Virus record (IMG/VR): IMGVR_UViG_3300032236_001645 | Coordinates: 1-64,000 of that record | DNA: 64,000 nt | Origin: a virus | Strand: one strand, 5' to 3' | Shown: piece by piece, positions 1-8,073 of the stretch | Numbering within the stretch: the stretch's first letter is position 1 | How the letters are laid out: each line of letters begins with the position of its first letter | The notes under the pieces: generated by a model | Told to the model about the DNA's origin: nothing | What the model saw: only the letters and a program-made list of their open reading frames with translations | Database searches by the model: none | Program-made: the position numbers and the translations under genes

Positions 1-1503
1 AAAACCTTGTGATTGTTCCAACAATAAATCATATTGTAGTTGGTTTACTTTAATGTCATTTTCAATATCTTCAATTTCCTTTTTAATCTTCTCAATTTCA
101 TCTGTATGATCAACCTCATCTAATGCTCTATTACAAGTTGGACAAACCGTTCCCTCTTCTAATTGTTTTATTAATTTTTCCCTTTGTGTTTTTTCATATC
201 TCAAGGCAACATCTATACCTTGTATATCACCCATTTGTCCTTTTAATTCTTTATGTTGTTGTTCATTATAGAATTGTGAAGGTTCAACAACGTTAACTCC
301 ATCTGCATTTGTTTGACTGGTATTTCTTTGAACTGTTAAGTCATCAATCTCTCTTTGTAATAAAGTTGGATTAGTATTAATAAGTTCCTTATCAACATCA
401 TTATTTCTTTTTAAGAATACCTCATCTCTCTTTTTCTCTAATTTTGTTAAATCTTTTTTAAACTTTTCTAATTGAATGGTAAGTTTTTCAATTTCACTTT
501 CTGAATTAGTTATACTTTCTTTATATGCCTCGTTATCAGATTCTAAACTTACTTTGTTAAATGTATTGGAGACTAATTTTTTACTCCAGTCATTAAACAT
601 CTCTTTAGCAATTTCTTCTTTTGCTTTAAGACTTTCTAATCCCATGAACTTAGTTAATATCTGTCCACGTGCTGTTGGTTTGGATTCAATTAACTCTTCT
701 AAGTTATAACCTGTTGTTAAAATTGTTGATAAAAAATCTTCTTGTGTACCAATTGCTGAAGATATAAATGCTTCAGTTTCTCTTCTTTGTTCACCAGATA
801 AATTTACAATAGTTCCATCTTCACTCTTTTTATAGAATTCTAATTCATTCTTAACTGTATAATCACCTGACTTACCCATCTTACGAGAAGTCTTTCTTTC
901 AATTACATAATCGTCCCCATCAATTGTTATTTCACCACGAACACTTACTTCATTCTTATCAGTAAACCTGTTAAAGATTTCCCCGTTAGTTTTTGTTTTC
1001 GTTGTTGCATTAAAAAATAAGAACATAAGTAAATCAACTGAAGATGTCGATTTACCTCCAAAGTTTTTAGGTGTGGATTCAATTACCGTAATGCCGTCCA
1101 AATTTGTAAAATCAATAACATTATTATCACCAAATGATAAAAAGTTTGAGAATTCAACTTTCTTGATGTACCATTTGTTATATCTGACTTTATTTTCATT
1201 TAACTTATCTATCTGTGTGTTGACTTTATTATCTAATCTTTCCATCAACTCCTCTTTGATAACTATATTGTTATCTCTTAGAAAATCTTTCATCAGTTTC
1301 TTTTGATACTGATGATCTAAAATATTATCAGACGCTTCTAACGATTCTAAACGTGTTTGATTAACATTACTTAATGTCTTTGTAATTACTTGAACAGTCT
1401 TTGCATTATATTTTTTCTCAAAATAAGATTTCACCCTTCTGATTTTCTCAGGGGTGAAATTCTCGGGAACATCTTCCCATGTTACTTTTATAAATGGGTT
1501 CAT
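1..1503 (-). CDS. sbcC: SbcC/Rad50/T4 gp46-like recombination ATPase (runs off the left edge; missing from the ORF track)
   Basis: Manual translation from ATG at 1503: MNPFIKVTWEDVP...WYIKKVEFSNFLSFGDNNVIDF...STPKNFGGKST (Walker A-like), long coiled coil, CPTC zinc hook near 135-146. The start overlaps the upstream stop (TAATG). Confidence 0.9.
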   Translation of the reverse strand, partial: MNPFIKVTWEDVPENFTPEKIRRVKSYFEKKYNAKTVQVITKTLSNVNQTRLESLEASDNILDHQYQKKLMKDFLRDNNIVIKEELMERLDNKVNTQIDKLNENKVRYNKWYIKKVEFSNFLSFGDNNVIDFTNLDGITVIESTPKNFGGKSTSSVDLLMFLFFNATTKTKTNGEIFNRFTDKNEVSVRGEITIDGDDYVIERKTSRKMGKSGDYTVKNELEFYKKSEDGTIVNLSGEQRRETEAFISSAIGTQEDFLSTILTTGYNLEELIESKPTARGQILTKFMGLESLKAKEEIAKEMFNDWSKKLVSNTFNKVSLESDNEAYKESITNSESEIEKLTIQLEKFKKDLTKLEKKRDEVFLKRNNDVDKELINTNPTLLQREIDDLTVQRNTSQTNADGVNVVEPSQFYNEQQHKELKGQMGDIQGIDVALRYEKTQREKLIKQLEEGTVCPTCNRALDEVDHTDEIEKIKKEIEDIENDIKVNQLQYDLLLEQSQGF

Positions 1504-1805
1504 TATTTTCTATTTTCTTCAAACCATTCAATTATACTGTTTGTACCCCACACGATACCAGCGGAAAACATACCATCCATAAATAAACAAACGTACCATG
1601 GAATATTAAAATAATGATTAGTTAAACCACCTAACACAACTGATAGAAAAAATCCTACCCAAGTTGCGGTACATAATGTACAACTTATTAAATTCCCAAA
1701 AAACTTAGAATGTTTTTTTATCCATGTTCTTAGGTTTTCAAAAATGGAACCCCATACCAATATTGATGTCATCCCATAAGAAATCATCCAAAACATTAAA
1801 ATCAT
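1503..1805 (-). CDS. small membrane protein, DUF1360-like
   Basis: Three hydrophobic segments and an LISCTLCTATWVG (CxxC...W) motif. Confidence 0.55.
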   Translation of the reverse strand: MILMFWMISYGMTSILVWGSIFENLRTWIKKHSKFFGNLISCTLCTATWVGFFLSVVLGGLTNHYFNIPWYVCLFMDGMFSAGIVWGTNSIIEWFEENRK

Positions 1806-2764
1806 AAATTATTATTTTCTTCTTTATTATTATTTTTTTCTTGTTCAGCTATTTTTTTTAACTCAATATTTTTTAATCTTGTTTCATTTCTACTATCTAA
1901 CATTTGTTGTTGAGTAACAATATACTGATTCTTTGGATTTGGATTCTCTTCAGTATATGGTGAAACATTTTCAATTCTTTTTTTGGACAATTCAACATAT
2001 TCTTCATTTATGTCAATTCCAATATAATTTCTATTATTAACCTTAGACATTTTTAATGTTGTTCCACTTCCACACATTGGATCAAGTACAATATCTCCTT
2101 CATTCGTCCAACTCAAAATATGATCTTCAGCTAAACTCTCAGGGAAGATTGCCGGATGTTGATGTGCAAATTCATCTTTAGATGAAAATCCCGAACCTGT
2201 ATTGATATACCAAACATTATATCTTGTTCCAAATTCACCTATTTTAAATTTATCAACCTTTACTAATTCACCTTCTTTAGTTCTTTTAGATGGATCACCA
2301 AAATTTGTATAACCCGCCCAACGATTAGGTTTATCTTTAATAAGATTTATTGTTTTAGGTTTTCCTTTAGAAAACACAAACATATATTCAAATACTTGTG
2401 AATATCTTCCTGACTCAGGAAATGGTGGTCCGTTCTTATGATAAATCATTGTATCATAAAGTGTAAAACCAATGTCCATGAATTTTAACGCTTGTCTAAA
2501 TGATGAACCAGTTTCACCACCTTTCTTAACCTGATCATTAACAACCCATACTACAACACCACCAACTTTAGTTACACGAAATAATTCTGTCGCCATCTCA
2601 ACAAATGGAAAACTAAATCCACCTTCATAAGAAACACCATCTTTAATCTTGTCATTATACGTCCTTAGATTATCATAAGGTGGTGATGTAACTGTTAAAT
2701 CAATTGTTTTGTCTTCAATTGTTTTTAATACGTCAATTGAATTTCCTAAATGTATACTATTCAT
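1802..2764 (-). CDS. DNA amino-methyltransferase (N4-cytosine/N6-adenine, beta class)
   Basis: TSPPY catalytic motif IV precedes DPMCGSGTT SAM-binding motif I; HPAIFP motif. Confidence 0.93.
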   Translation of the reverse strand: MNSIHLGNSIDVLKTIEDKTIDLTVTSPPYDNLRTYNDKIKDGVSYEGGFSFPFVEMATELFRVTKVGGVVVWVVNDQVKKGGETGSSFRQALKFMDIGFTLYDTMIYHKNGPPFPESGRYSQVFEYMFVFSKGKPKTINLIKDKPNRWAGYTNFGDPSKRTKEGELVKVDKFKIGEFGTRYNVWYINTGSGFSSKDEFAHQHPAIFPESLAEDHILSWTNEGDIVLDPMCGSGTTLKMSKVNNRNYIGIDINEEYVELSKKRIENVSPYTEENPNPKNQYIVTQQQMLDSRNETRLKNIELKKIAEQEKNNNKEENNNL

Positions 2765-3449
2765 AAATTATTTCTTCATATTTAAAACTTCCTCCGTAGT
2801 TAATATCTCCACAAATTAAATTTTCATTATCGTTTAATCTTAAAGAAGATCTACTATTATTGTCTTTTGGAGTTCCTCTCCATGCGTCAGGTGAAAATGA
2901 TTTCATTGCAACCATCATACCTTTCAAATAATTTTTTCCAATTTCTATTGGAGTTTCTCTATCAACATTTAATGCTATGAATATATAGTTATCTACTTTA
3001 TTTGGTGAATGAGTACTACCCATAAATTGATCTTTACTTTGAGTTACTTTTATTTCAATTGCTATAATTTCACCATCAATTTCAAAAACAACATCAAATG
3101 CTAAATTTTGAAAATCGTAATCTTTAATTTCTTTATAAGATAAAATTCTAATCTTAGCCTCTTTATAATTTTCTAAAAATTTATTTGCGTCATATGAAAA
3201 ATAAGATTTAACTCCTTCATATGATAATCTTACAGTAGATACAACTGTTTGTTGTGAACTAGCATCTTCAATAGTCTTTACCCATTCATTAATTGATATT
3301 TTTTCTCTTTCTGCTCTTGGGAAAATAGTTAATGGTATTTCACGATTGACTGACTTAGCCATGTCATAAAATATCTTAGAGTTCTTTAAATGATATCTTA
3401 ATTTATCAAATAAATTATCAAATTCTAATATGTCAATCTCGTTAACCAT
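2757..3449 (-). CDS. putative PD-(D/E)xK restriction-type endonuclease
   Basis: FDVVFEIDGEIIAIEIKVT motif; overlaps the MTase start by 8 bp. Confidence 0.55.
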   Translation of the reverse strand: MVNEIDILEFDNLFDKLRYHLKNSKIFYDMAKSVNREIPLTIFPRAEREKISINEWVKTIEDASSQQTVVSTVRLSYEGVKSYFSYDANKFLENYKEAKIRILSYKEIKDYDFQNLAFDVVFEIDGEIIAIEIKVTQSKDQFMGSTHSPNKVDNYIFIALNVDRETPIEIGKNYLKGMMVAMKSFSPDAWRGTPKDNNSRSSLRLNDNENLICGDINYGGSFKYEEIIYE

Positions 3450-3478
3450 TAAAATAAAATATACCTAAAAGAAACTGT

Positions 3479-3506
3479 AAAAAGAAATATGTTGCCGGAA
3501 ATTATT
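3479..3506. repeat. 28-bp perfect direct repeat, copy 1 (aaaaagaaatatgttgccggaaattatt)
   Basis: Identical to 4154-4181. Confidence 0.9.
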
Positions 3507-4125
3507 AGGATTTAGAATCTTTTTTTGTCTTTAAAAACTTATACAATTTTTTAGAAATAAAAGATGAGAACTTTTCAATATCATCTCTAATAAAAGTAAC
3601 TTTTACATTAGGAGAATTACTATCAATACAACTAAAACTAAAGTCGGCAGTTCTAACATATTTTGATGGTTGATCACCATTAGGTAAATGTTTATTAAGT
3701 AACTTTTCAAAACGAGAACTTAATTCAGAATATGAAATACTAATTATGTAAAGTAATTGTCCATCAACAAACCCCGCACTATGAATGATTGGATTATCTT
3801 TAACGTATTTGTTATGTCTTACATATGTCAAATCAGAATAATTACCAGTACAATTAAGGGTTTTATTATTTGATGAATCTACGTTTTTAGGTTTTACTTC
3901 ATCTGAAGAACCTTCAGAATCGTATCCTCTTTTTTTGGAACTAATATTCAAACCTAACACATTACAAGTTATGTATTCTCTTAATGTTGATGAATTTTTA
4001 TCTGTTAGATATGAAACTAATAAATCCCAATAGTTATCACTTTCATTTAATGGAAATGATTCTCTATTAAGAGTACCTTTTGAATATTCGGTGATTAAAT
4101 TAATATGTTCCTTAGTTAAATTCAA
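3505..4125 (-). CDS. putative PD-(D/E)xK nuclease / hypothetical protein
   Basis: GYD-x6-EVKPKN motif; TTG start; bracketed by the 28-bp direct repeats. Confidence 0.45.
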   Translation of the reverse strand: MNLTKEHINLITEYSKGTLNRESFPLNESDNYWDLLVSYLTDKNSSTLREYITCNVLGLNISSKKRGYDSEGSSDEVKPKNVDSSNNKTLNCTGNYSDLTYVRHNKYVKDNPIIHSAGFVDGQLLYIISISYSELSSRFEKLLNKHLPNGDQPSKYVRTADFSFSCIDSNSPNVKVTFIRDDIEKFSSFISKKLYKFLKTKKDSKS

Positions 4126-4153
4126 TAATTAAAATATAACTAAGGGATATGAC

Positions 4154-4181
4154 AAAAAGAAATATGTTGCCGGAAATTATT
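4154..4181. repeat. 28-bp perfect direct repeat, copy 2
   Basis: Identical to 3479-3506. Confidence 0.9.
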
Positions 4182-4722
4182 CGTCGTATAGTGAACCCAT
4201 ATCACTATTTTTCATAAGTCTTCCCTTACCTAATTTATCTAATGATGTTGTAATTTTATTCAAATCATTAGATAGTCTTTCGTTTTCTTTTGTTAGTCTT
4301 TCAATTTCATCATTATTCACAACTTCTTTAACAACCTCAACTATTCTTTCTACAGGTACTTCTTTAATAACTTCCTTTGTAATAGTTTTATTTTTACCCT
4401 TTTTTTCAACTATTACTTCTTTAATAACTTCCACCGGCACTTCCACTTTAACCTCCTTAATAATTTCCCTAATCACTTCTACAGGTACTTCTACAATACG
4501 TTCCACAACCTTTTCCACCATAACTTCTTTAATGATTTCTTTAGGGACTTCAACATATTCAATAATTTTATTACCTGTTGGAGTTTCACCATATTTTAAA
4601 ATTGTAAAACCTCTATTGAAAGTTTCTTGTGCCTTTTTTTCAATATTTGTGATATTATTCATTTCACAAAATTGTGTGAATTCATTATCCAAGGTTAACG
4701 TGTACTTCTTGTTCATTTTCAA
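4177..4722 (-). CDS. hypothetical protein with VEVP/EVIKEV repeats and a C-terminal coiled coil
   Basis: Repeated E(V/I)(I/P)(K/V)EV units in the translation. Confidence 0.7.
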   Translation of the reverse strand: MKMNKKYTLTLDNEFTQFCEMNNITNIEKKAQETFNRGFTILKYGETPTGNKIIEYVEVPKEIIKEVMVEKVVERIVEVPVEVIREIIKEVKVEVPVEVIKEVIVEKKGKNKTITKEVIKEVPVERIVEVVKEVVNNDEIERLTKENERLSNDLNKITTSLDKLGKGRLMKNSDMGSLYDE

Positions 4723-5488
4723 TGTCTTTAATGTCGTTTATTGAGAAATGAAGGAATGGTTGTTCATTTGGTAAATCATGAAATTCATAATTATCAGTTT
4801 CAACATCATATATTCCATAACCATGATGTTTAACCGTCTCACCAAAATTCTGTTGAATCATACTACCTACCATTATTGCATGTCCTCCATTAGGTAATGT
4901 GAATTGTTGTCTCTTATGTATATCGCCACATAGTAATAAATCTAAATCTACGAAATTAAGTTGATCATAAGCATCTTCAAACTCATAACCCAAGTCTGTT
5001 GATAACCCCATTATGGGTCCGTGAAATAATCCAACTGTTAATTTGGTTTCATCTTTAGTAAATTCAGGACGAGCATTATGTTGATATAAGGAATAAACAA
5101 TCCATTGGATATTGTCATCCATATATTCACCACTATCTTTATAATATTGAATATTACTATTGTCTAATAAATCTACAACTGGACTAATACTATCTAATCG
5201 TTGTGTATTGTTCTCTAAGAAATCATGATTGCCGGGTATAATAACAACCTGTCCAAGTTCAGTTAATGATTTAATGAACCAACTTGTTAACATTAATTGT
5301 TCGTTAGAAATATTAATTTTTTGATGTGCAATATCACCCGCAATTACTATTCTAGTTTCATCATAATTAGTATCTCCCAATTCAACAGTTAAATCTATTA
5401 ATAACTTTTCAAATTGTGTTTTATACAAATCGTGCATTTGAATTGTACGGATATGTAAATCTGCAATGTGTACTATTTTTTTGACCAT
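4685..5488 (-). CDS. sbcD: SbcD/Mre11/T4 gp47-like metallophosphoesterase nuclease
   Basis: DLH, GD, GNHD, FHG, GDIH phosphoesterase motifs and GSMIQQNFGE; sbcC lies downstream. Confidence 0.85.
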   Translation of the reverse strand: MVKKIVHIADLHIRTIQMHDLYKTQFEKLLIDLTVELGDTNYDETRIVIAGDIAHQKINISNEQLMLTSWFIKSLTELGQVVIIPGNHDFLENNTQRLDSISPVVDLLDNSNIQYYKDSGEYMDDNIQWIVYSLYQHNARPEFTKDETKLTVGLFHGPIMGLSTDLGYEFEDAYDQLNFVDLDLLLCGDIHKRQQFTLPNGGHAIMVGSMIQQNFGETVKHHGYGIYDVETDNYEFHDLPNEQPFLHFSINDIKDIENEQEVHVNLG

Positions 5489-6342
5489 CTTGAAATATAT
5501 TTTGATAAATCCATGTTAAGGATTGCATTATTAATTTGATGTGGAACTTTGTATTCCATAAATGTTCCGTCTTCTTTCAATAAAACAATAACATTACCCA
5601 ATAATTTTGTATCACTGTATTTTGTTCCTTCTAACATTTTACGCAACAATCTTCCATATAATGGCAACTGTAAATAATAATGTCCTAACGCATTGTCATG
5701 GTAATTGTTAAATGGTGGATATAACTTACCAGTGTAATGATGTACTTCAAAGTTTTTTGGTTGATTTGTTTTCCAATCTGTTATAACAAATCCAAAATTA
5801 TCTTTTTCTTTATTCATCATTAACCACACTTTATCAGGTTGTCCTGTGTATTGTTCTGTAGGATCACCTAATACAATTTCAGTATCTAACAAAACACCTC
5901 CTCGTTCCAACATTAAATCAAGAAATTCTTTTCCCGCTTTAATCATGTTGTCACTCTTACGTTGTTGTTCTTCATTGATAGTGAATATGGGTTGTCTAAC
6001 TTCTTTATAGTTATCAAATCTTCCTATCAATTCACTTTCTAATTCAAAGTGAACACGACTACCCATGTTTGTAGATAAGTCACCAGCTTTCTTCCATTCA
6101 GCAAGTAATTGTGCTTGTCCTTCAGGATCACCATTAGACATCTTAAGTGCCATACCTTCGGCATCAAATGGTTTATGAAATTTCTTAACGATTTTAGATA
6201 CAGATGGAAAATTCTTTTTTATTTCACCATCAACATCTTTCATATAATAGATATGTTCTTCTTCTATGAATGTTAATTCTAATTCTTTTCTTCTTTTTTC
6301 TAATAAGTCATTTATCTCTAACGAGATATCTTTTAAATTCAT
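5473..6342 (-). CDS. PD-(D/E)xK exonuclease (RecB/Cas4-like fold)
   Basis: SVS...GSRVH, E...GQPDKV...DWKT, QLPLY motifs. Confidence 0.8.
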   Translation of the reverse strand: MNLKDISLEINDLLEKRRKELELTFIEEEHIYYMKDVDGEIKKNFPSVSKIVKKFHKPFDAEGMALKMSNGDPEGQAQLLAEWKKAGDLSTNMGSRVHFELESELIGRFDNYKEVRQPIFTINEEQQRKSDNMIKAGKEFLDLMLERGGVLLDTEIVLGDPTEQYTGQPDKVWLMMNKEKDNFGFVITDWKTNQPKNFEVHHYTGKLYPPFNNYHDNALGHYYLQLPLYGRLLRKMLEGTKYSDTKLLGNVIVLLKEDGTFMEYKVPHQINNAILNMDLSKYISRWSKK

Positions 6343-6343
6343 T

Positions 6344-7285
6344 TTAATCTAATTGTTTCATTTTATATTCACTTAAGTTCCCTTGTAAATCAGCAATATC
6401 TTTGTTTCCCTCCAGTTTAATACTCCAAACTTTTCCCATTAACTTACCACAATTCAACCTATGAAATAATCTTTCTTGATCCGTCCACGCATCCGAATCT
6501 AACACTATAATAATTTTTTTTGCATTGTTGTAAAGTTTATCAAACAAATATTCACTCATAAATTTTCCTAACATTGGAATAGCGTTAGGAATGAATATAC
6601 TATCAAATGCACCTTCAACTATGTAAATTGGTTCATCCCAATTAATTAATTTTTCATTAAAAATAATTGTCTCCTTTTGTGCTTCGGGATTCATATATTT
6701 TCTTTTAGTTTTCACCAAATATGAACGGGCAACAAAATAATTTAATCTATTATTTTCATCATACGATGGTATGATAATTCTATTTTCATATAAACCAGTG
6801 TAACAAAATCCAATACTATAAATTTGTAACATCAAATCTGTGATGTTTCTTTTTTTAATGTAATTGTATGCCTGTTTATATTGTGGTGTCATTTTAAGCC
6901 CCATACTTGCATCTTTAAATGCAATGAATTCTTTTGGTAATTTGACAGGTTTGTAAACTCTTTTATTACCATCTTCGTCTTCTTCGGGTTTTAATAAAAG
7001 ATATTTTTTAAGTTGTTTTGGGTTACCAAATTTTTTAATCAATTTATAAATTGAACCATGTGTATCGTGTGATTCGGCACACACCCAACATTTATAAACA
7101 CCGTATTTGTAATTGATTTCTAAATTACCTTTACCATCACCTTTATCCAATCCTTTAATTTCATGTGAGCAAACAGGGCAGTCGAATGATACTTGATGAC
7201 GATAATCATTATGATTTTTATATTCACCAAAAATATCTTCTAATATTTCAAATACTGCAGAATAATCAACTTCTTGGGTGCTCAT
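6344..7285 (-). CDS. DNA primase (Zn finger + TOPRIM); likely start MSTQEV at 7285
   Basis: CPVC...CWVC, RIIIP, IVEGAFD, LDSDA, KDIAD. The longer ORF-track start runs through a terminator. Confidence 0.9.
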   Translation of the reverse strand: MSTQEVDYSAVFEILEDIFGEYKNHNDYRHQVSFDCPVCSHEIKGLDKGDGKGNLEINYKYGVYKCWVCAESHDTHGSIYKLIKKFGNPKQLKKYLLLKPEEDEDGNKRVYKPVKLPKEFIAFKDASMGLKMTPQYKQAYNYIKKRNITDLMLQIYSIGFCYTGLYENRIIIPSYDENNRLNYFVARSYLVKTKRKYMNPEAQKETIIFNEKLINWDEPIYIVEGAFDSIFIPNAIPMLGKFMSEYLFDKLYNNAKKIIIVLDSDAWTDQERLFHRLNCGKLMGKVWSIKLEGNKDIADLQGNLSEYKMKQLD

Positions 7286-7312
7286 GATTATAATATAATA
7301 AATAATTGTGAT

Positions 7313-7348
7313 AAAAAAAAATGGGAGCCAGACACCACCCTGACTCCC
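7313..7348 (-). terminator. Rho-independent terminator
   Basis: GGGAGTCAG-GGTGGTGT-CTGGCTCCC followed by A and a poly-T run. Confidence 0.75.
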
Positions 7349-7386
7349 TACCAACTAAACGAGGATTTTAACCCCCGTCCCGTCCT
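7313..7386 (-). ncRNA. candidate ~70-nt small RNA (hairpin plus intrinsic terminator)
   Basis: GC-rich island between a TATTTAT motif (7391-7397) and a GGGAGTCAG/CTGGCTCCC hairpin followed by a T-run. Confidence 0.4.
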
Positions 7387-7425
7387 ATTAATAAATATAA
7401 CCTATTATATTTCTAAAGTAAAATA

Positions 7426-8034
7426 TTAGTTGCCGGATTTATTCATGTTAATATATCCTATTACACATGTAACCGCATCCGCCATATCAAAATTTTCTTT
7501 TTTTAAATTTCCTGTCTTACCATATAACCATTGTATATCAGAACAAACATCATTCACATGATCCCAAATCACTTGTTTCTTATCAATATCTTTTGGATAT
7601 CCACCAAATAAAACATTACGTCCTTTATCATTCGGACCTACTAAATCAGGAAAGGCAAATTTTCTTGCATTATATGTTGAAATAAATGTTGGTACTATTC
7701 CAAATACATCGTATATGTTTTTACAAATCATTGTATTATATCTCAATAAAGTTCCAACAGTATAAACATTGTTTGAATTTAATAAAGGTTCTTCAATGAT
7801 AACACGAACAATACCCATATCTTTATATCCTTCCAAATGTTTTTTGAAAGCGTCGGCTTTCTTCATAAGTTCTTCTAACTTATCTTCAGGTTGTGGTTTA
7901 ATCTTAGGAGAAAAATGTGTTAACTCCAGTAATTTTGAACCTGTTAAATCAAATAAAGCAAAACCAATAGTTTTAGTGGATATATCTAATCCTAAAATCT
8001 TTGGTTTGTTCTTAAATTTTACATCTATACTCAT
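7426..8034 (-). CDS. RuvC-like Holliday junction resolvase
   Basis: ILGLDISTKTIG, IIEEP, DMADA acidic motifs. Confidence 0.85.
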   Translation of the reverse strand: MSIDVKFKNKPKILGLDISTKTIGFALFDLTGSKLLELTHFSPKIKPQPEDKLEELMKKADAFKKHLEGYKDMGIVRVIIEEPLLNSNNVYTVGTLLRYNTMICKNIYDVFGIVPTFISTYNARKFAFPDLVGPNDKGRNVLFGGYPKDIDKKQVIWDHVNDVCSDIQWLYGKTGNLKKENFDMADAVTCVIGYINMNKSGN

Positions 8035-8073
8035 AAAGTATAATATAATATAAACAAATTGAAATGTAAATGA

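Noticed and set aside
476-1614. Short + strand ORFs at the left edge
   Set aside because: Antisense to the sbcC and DUF1360-like genes; no recognisable motifs.
5473-6342. Cas4 / CRISPR adaptation gene
   Set aside because: Lacks the four-Cys Fe-S cluster pattern and has no cas1 or array nearby; it is an ordinary phage PD-(D/E)xK exonuclease.
7286-7354. N-terminal extension of primase given by the ORF track
   Set aside because: It runs through a terminator hairpin and poly-T tract; the ATG at 7285 is the more plausible start.
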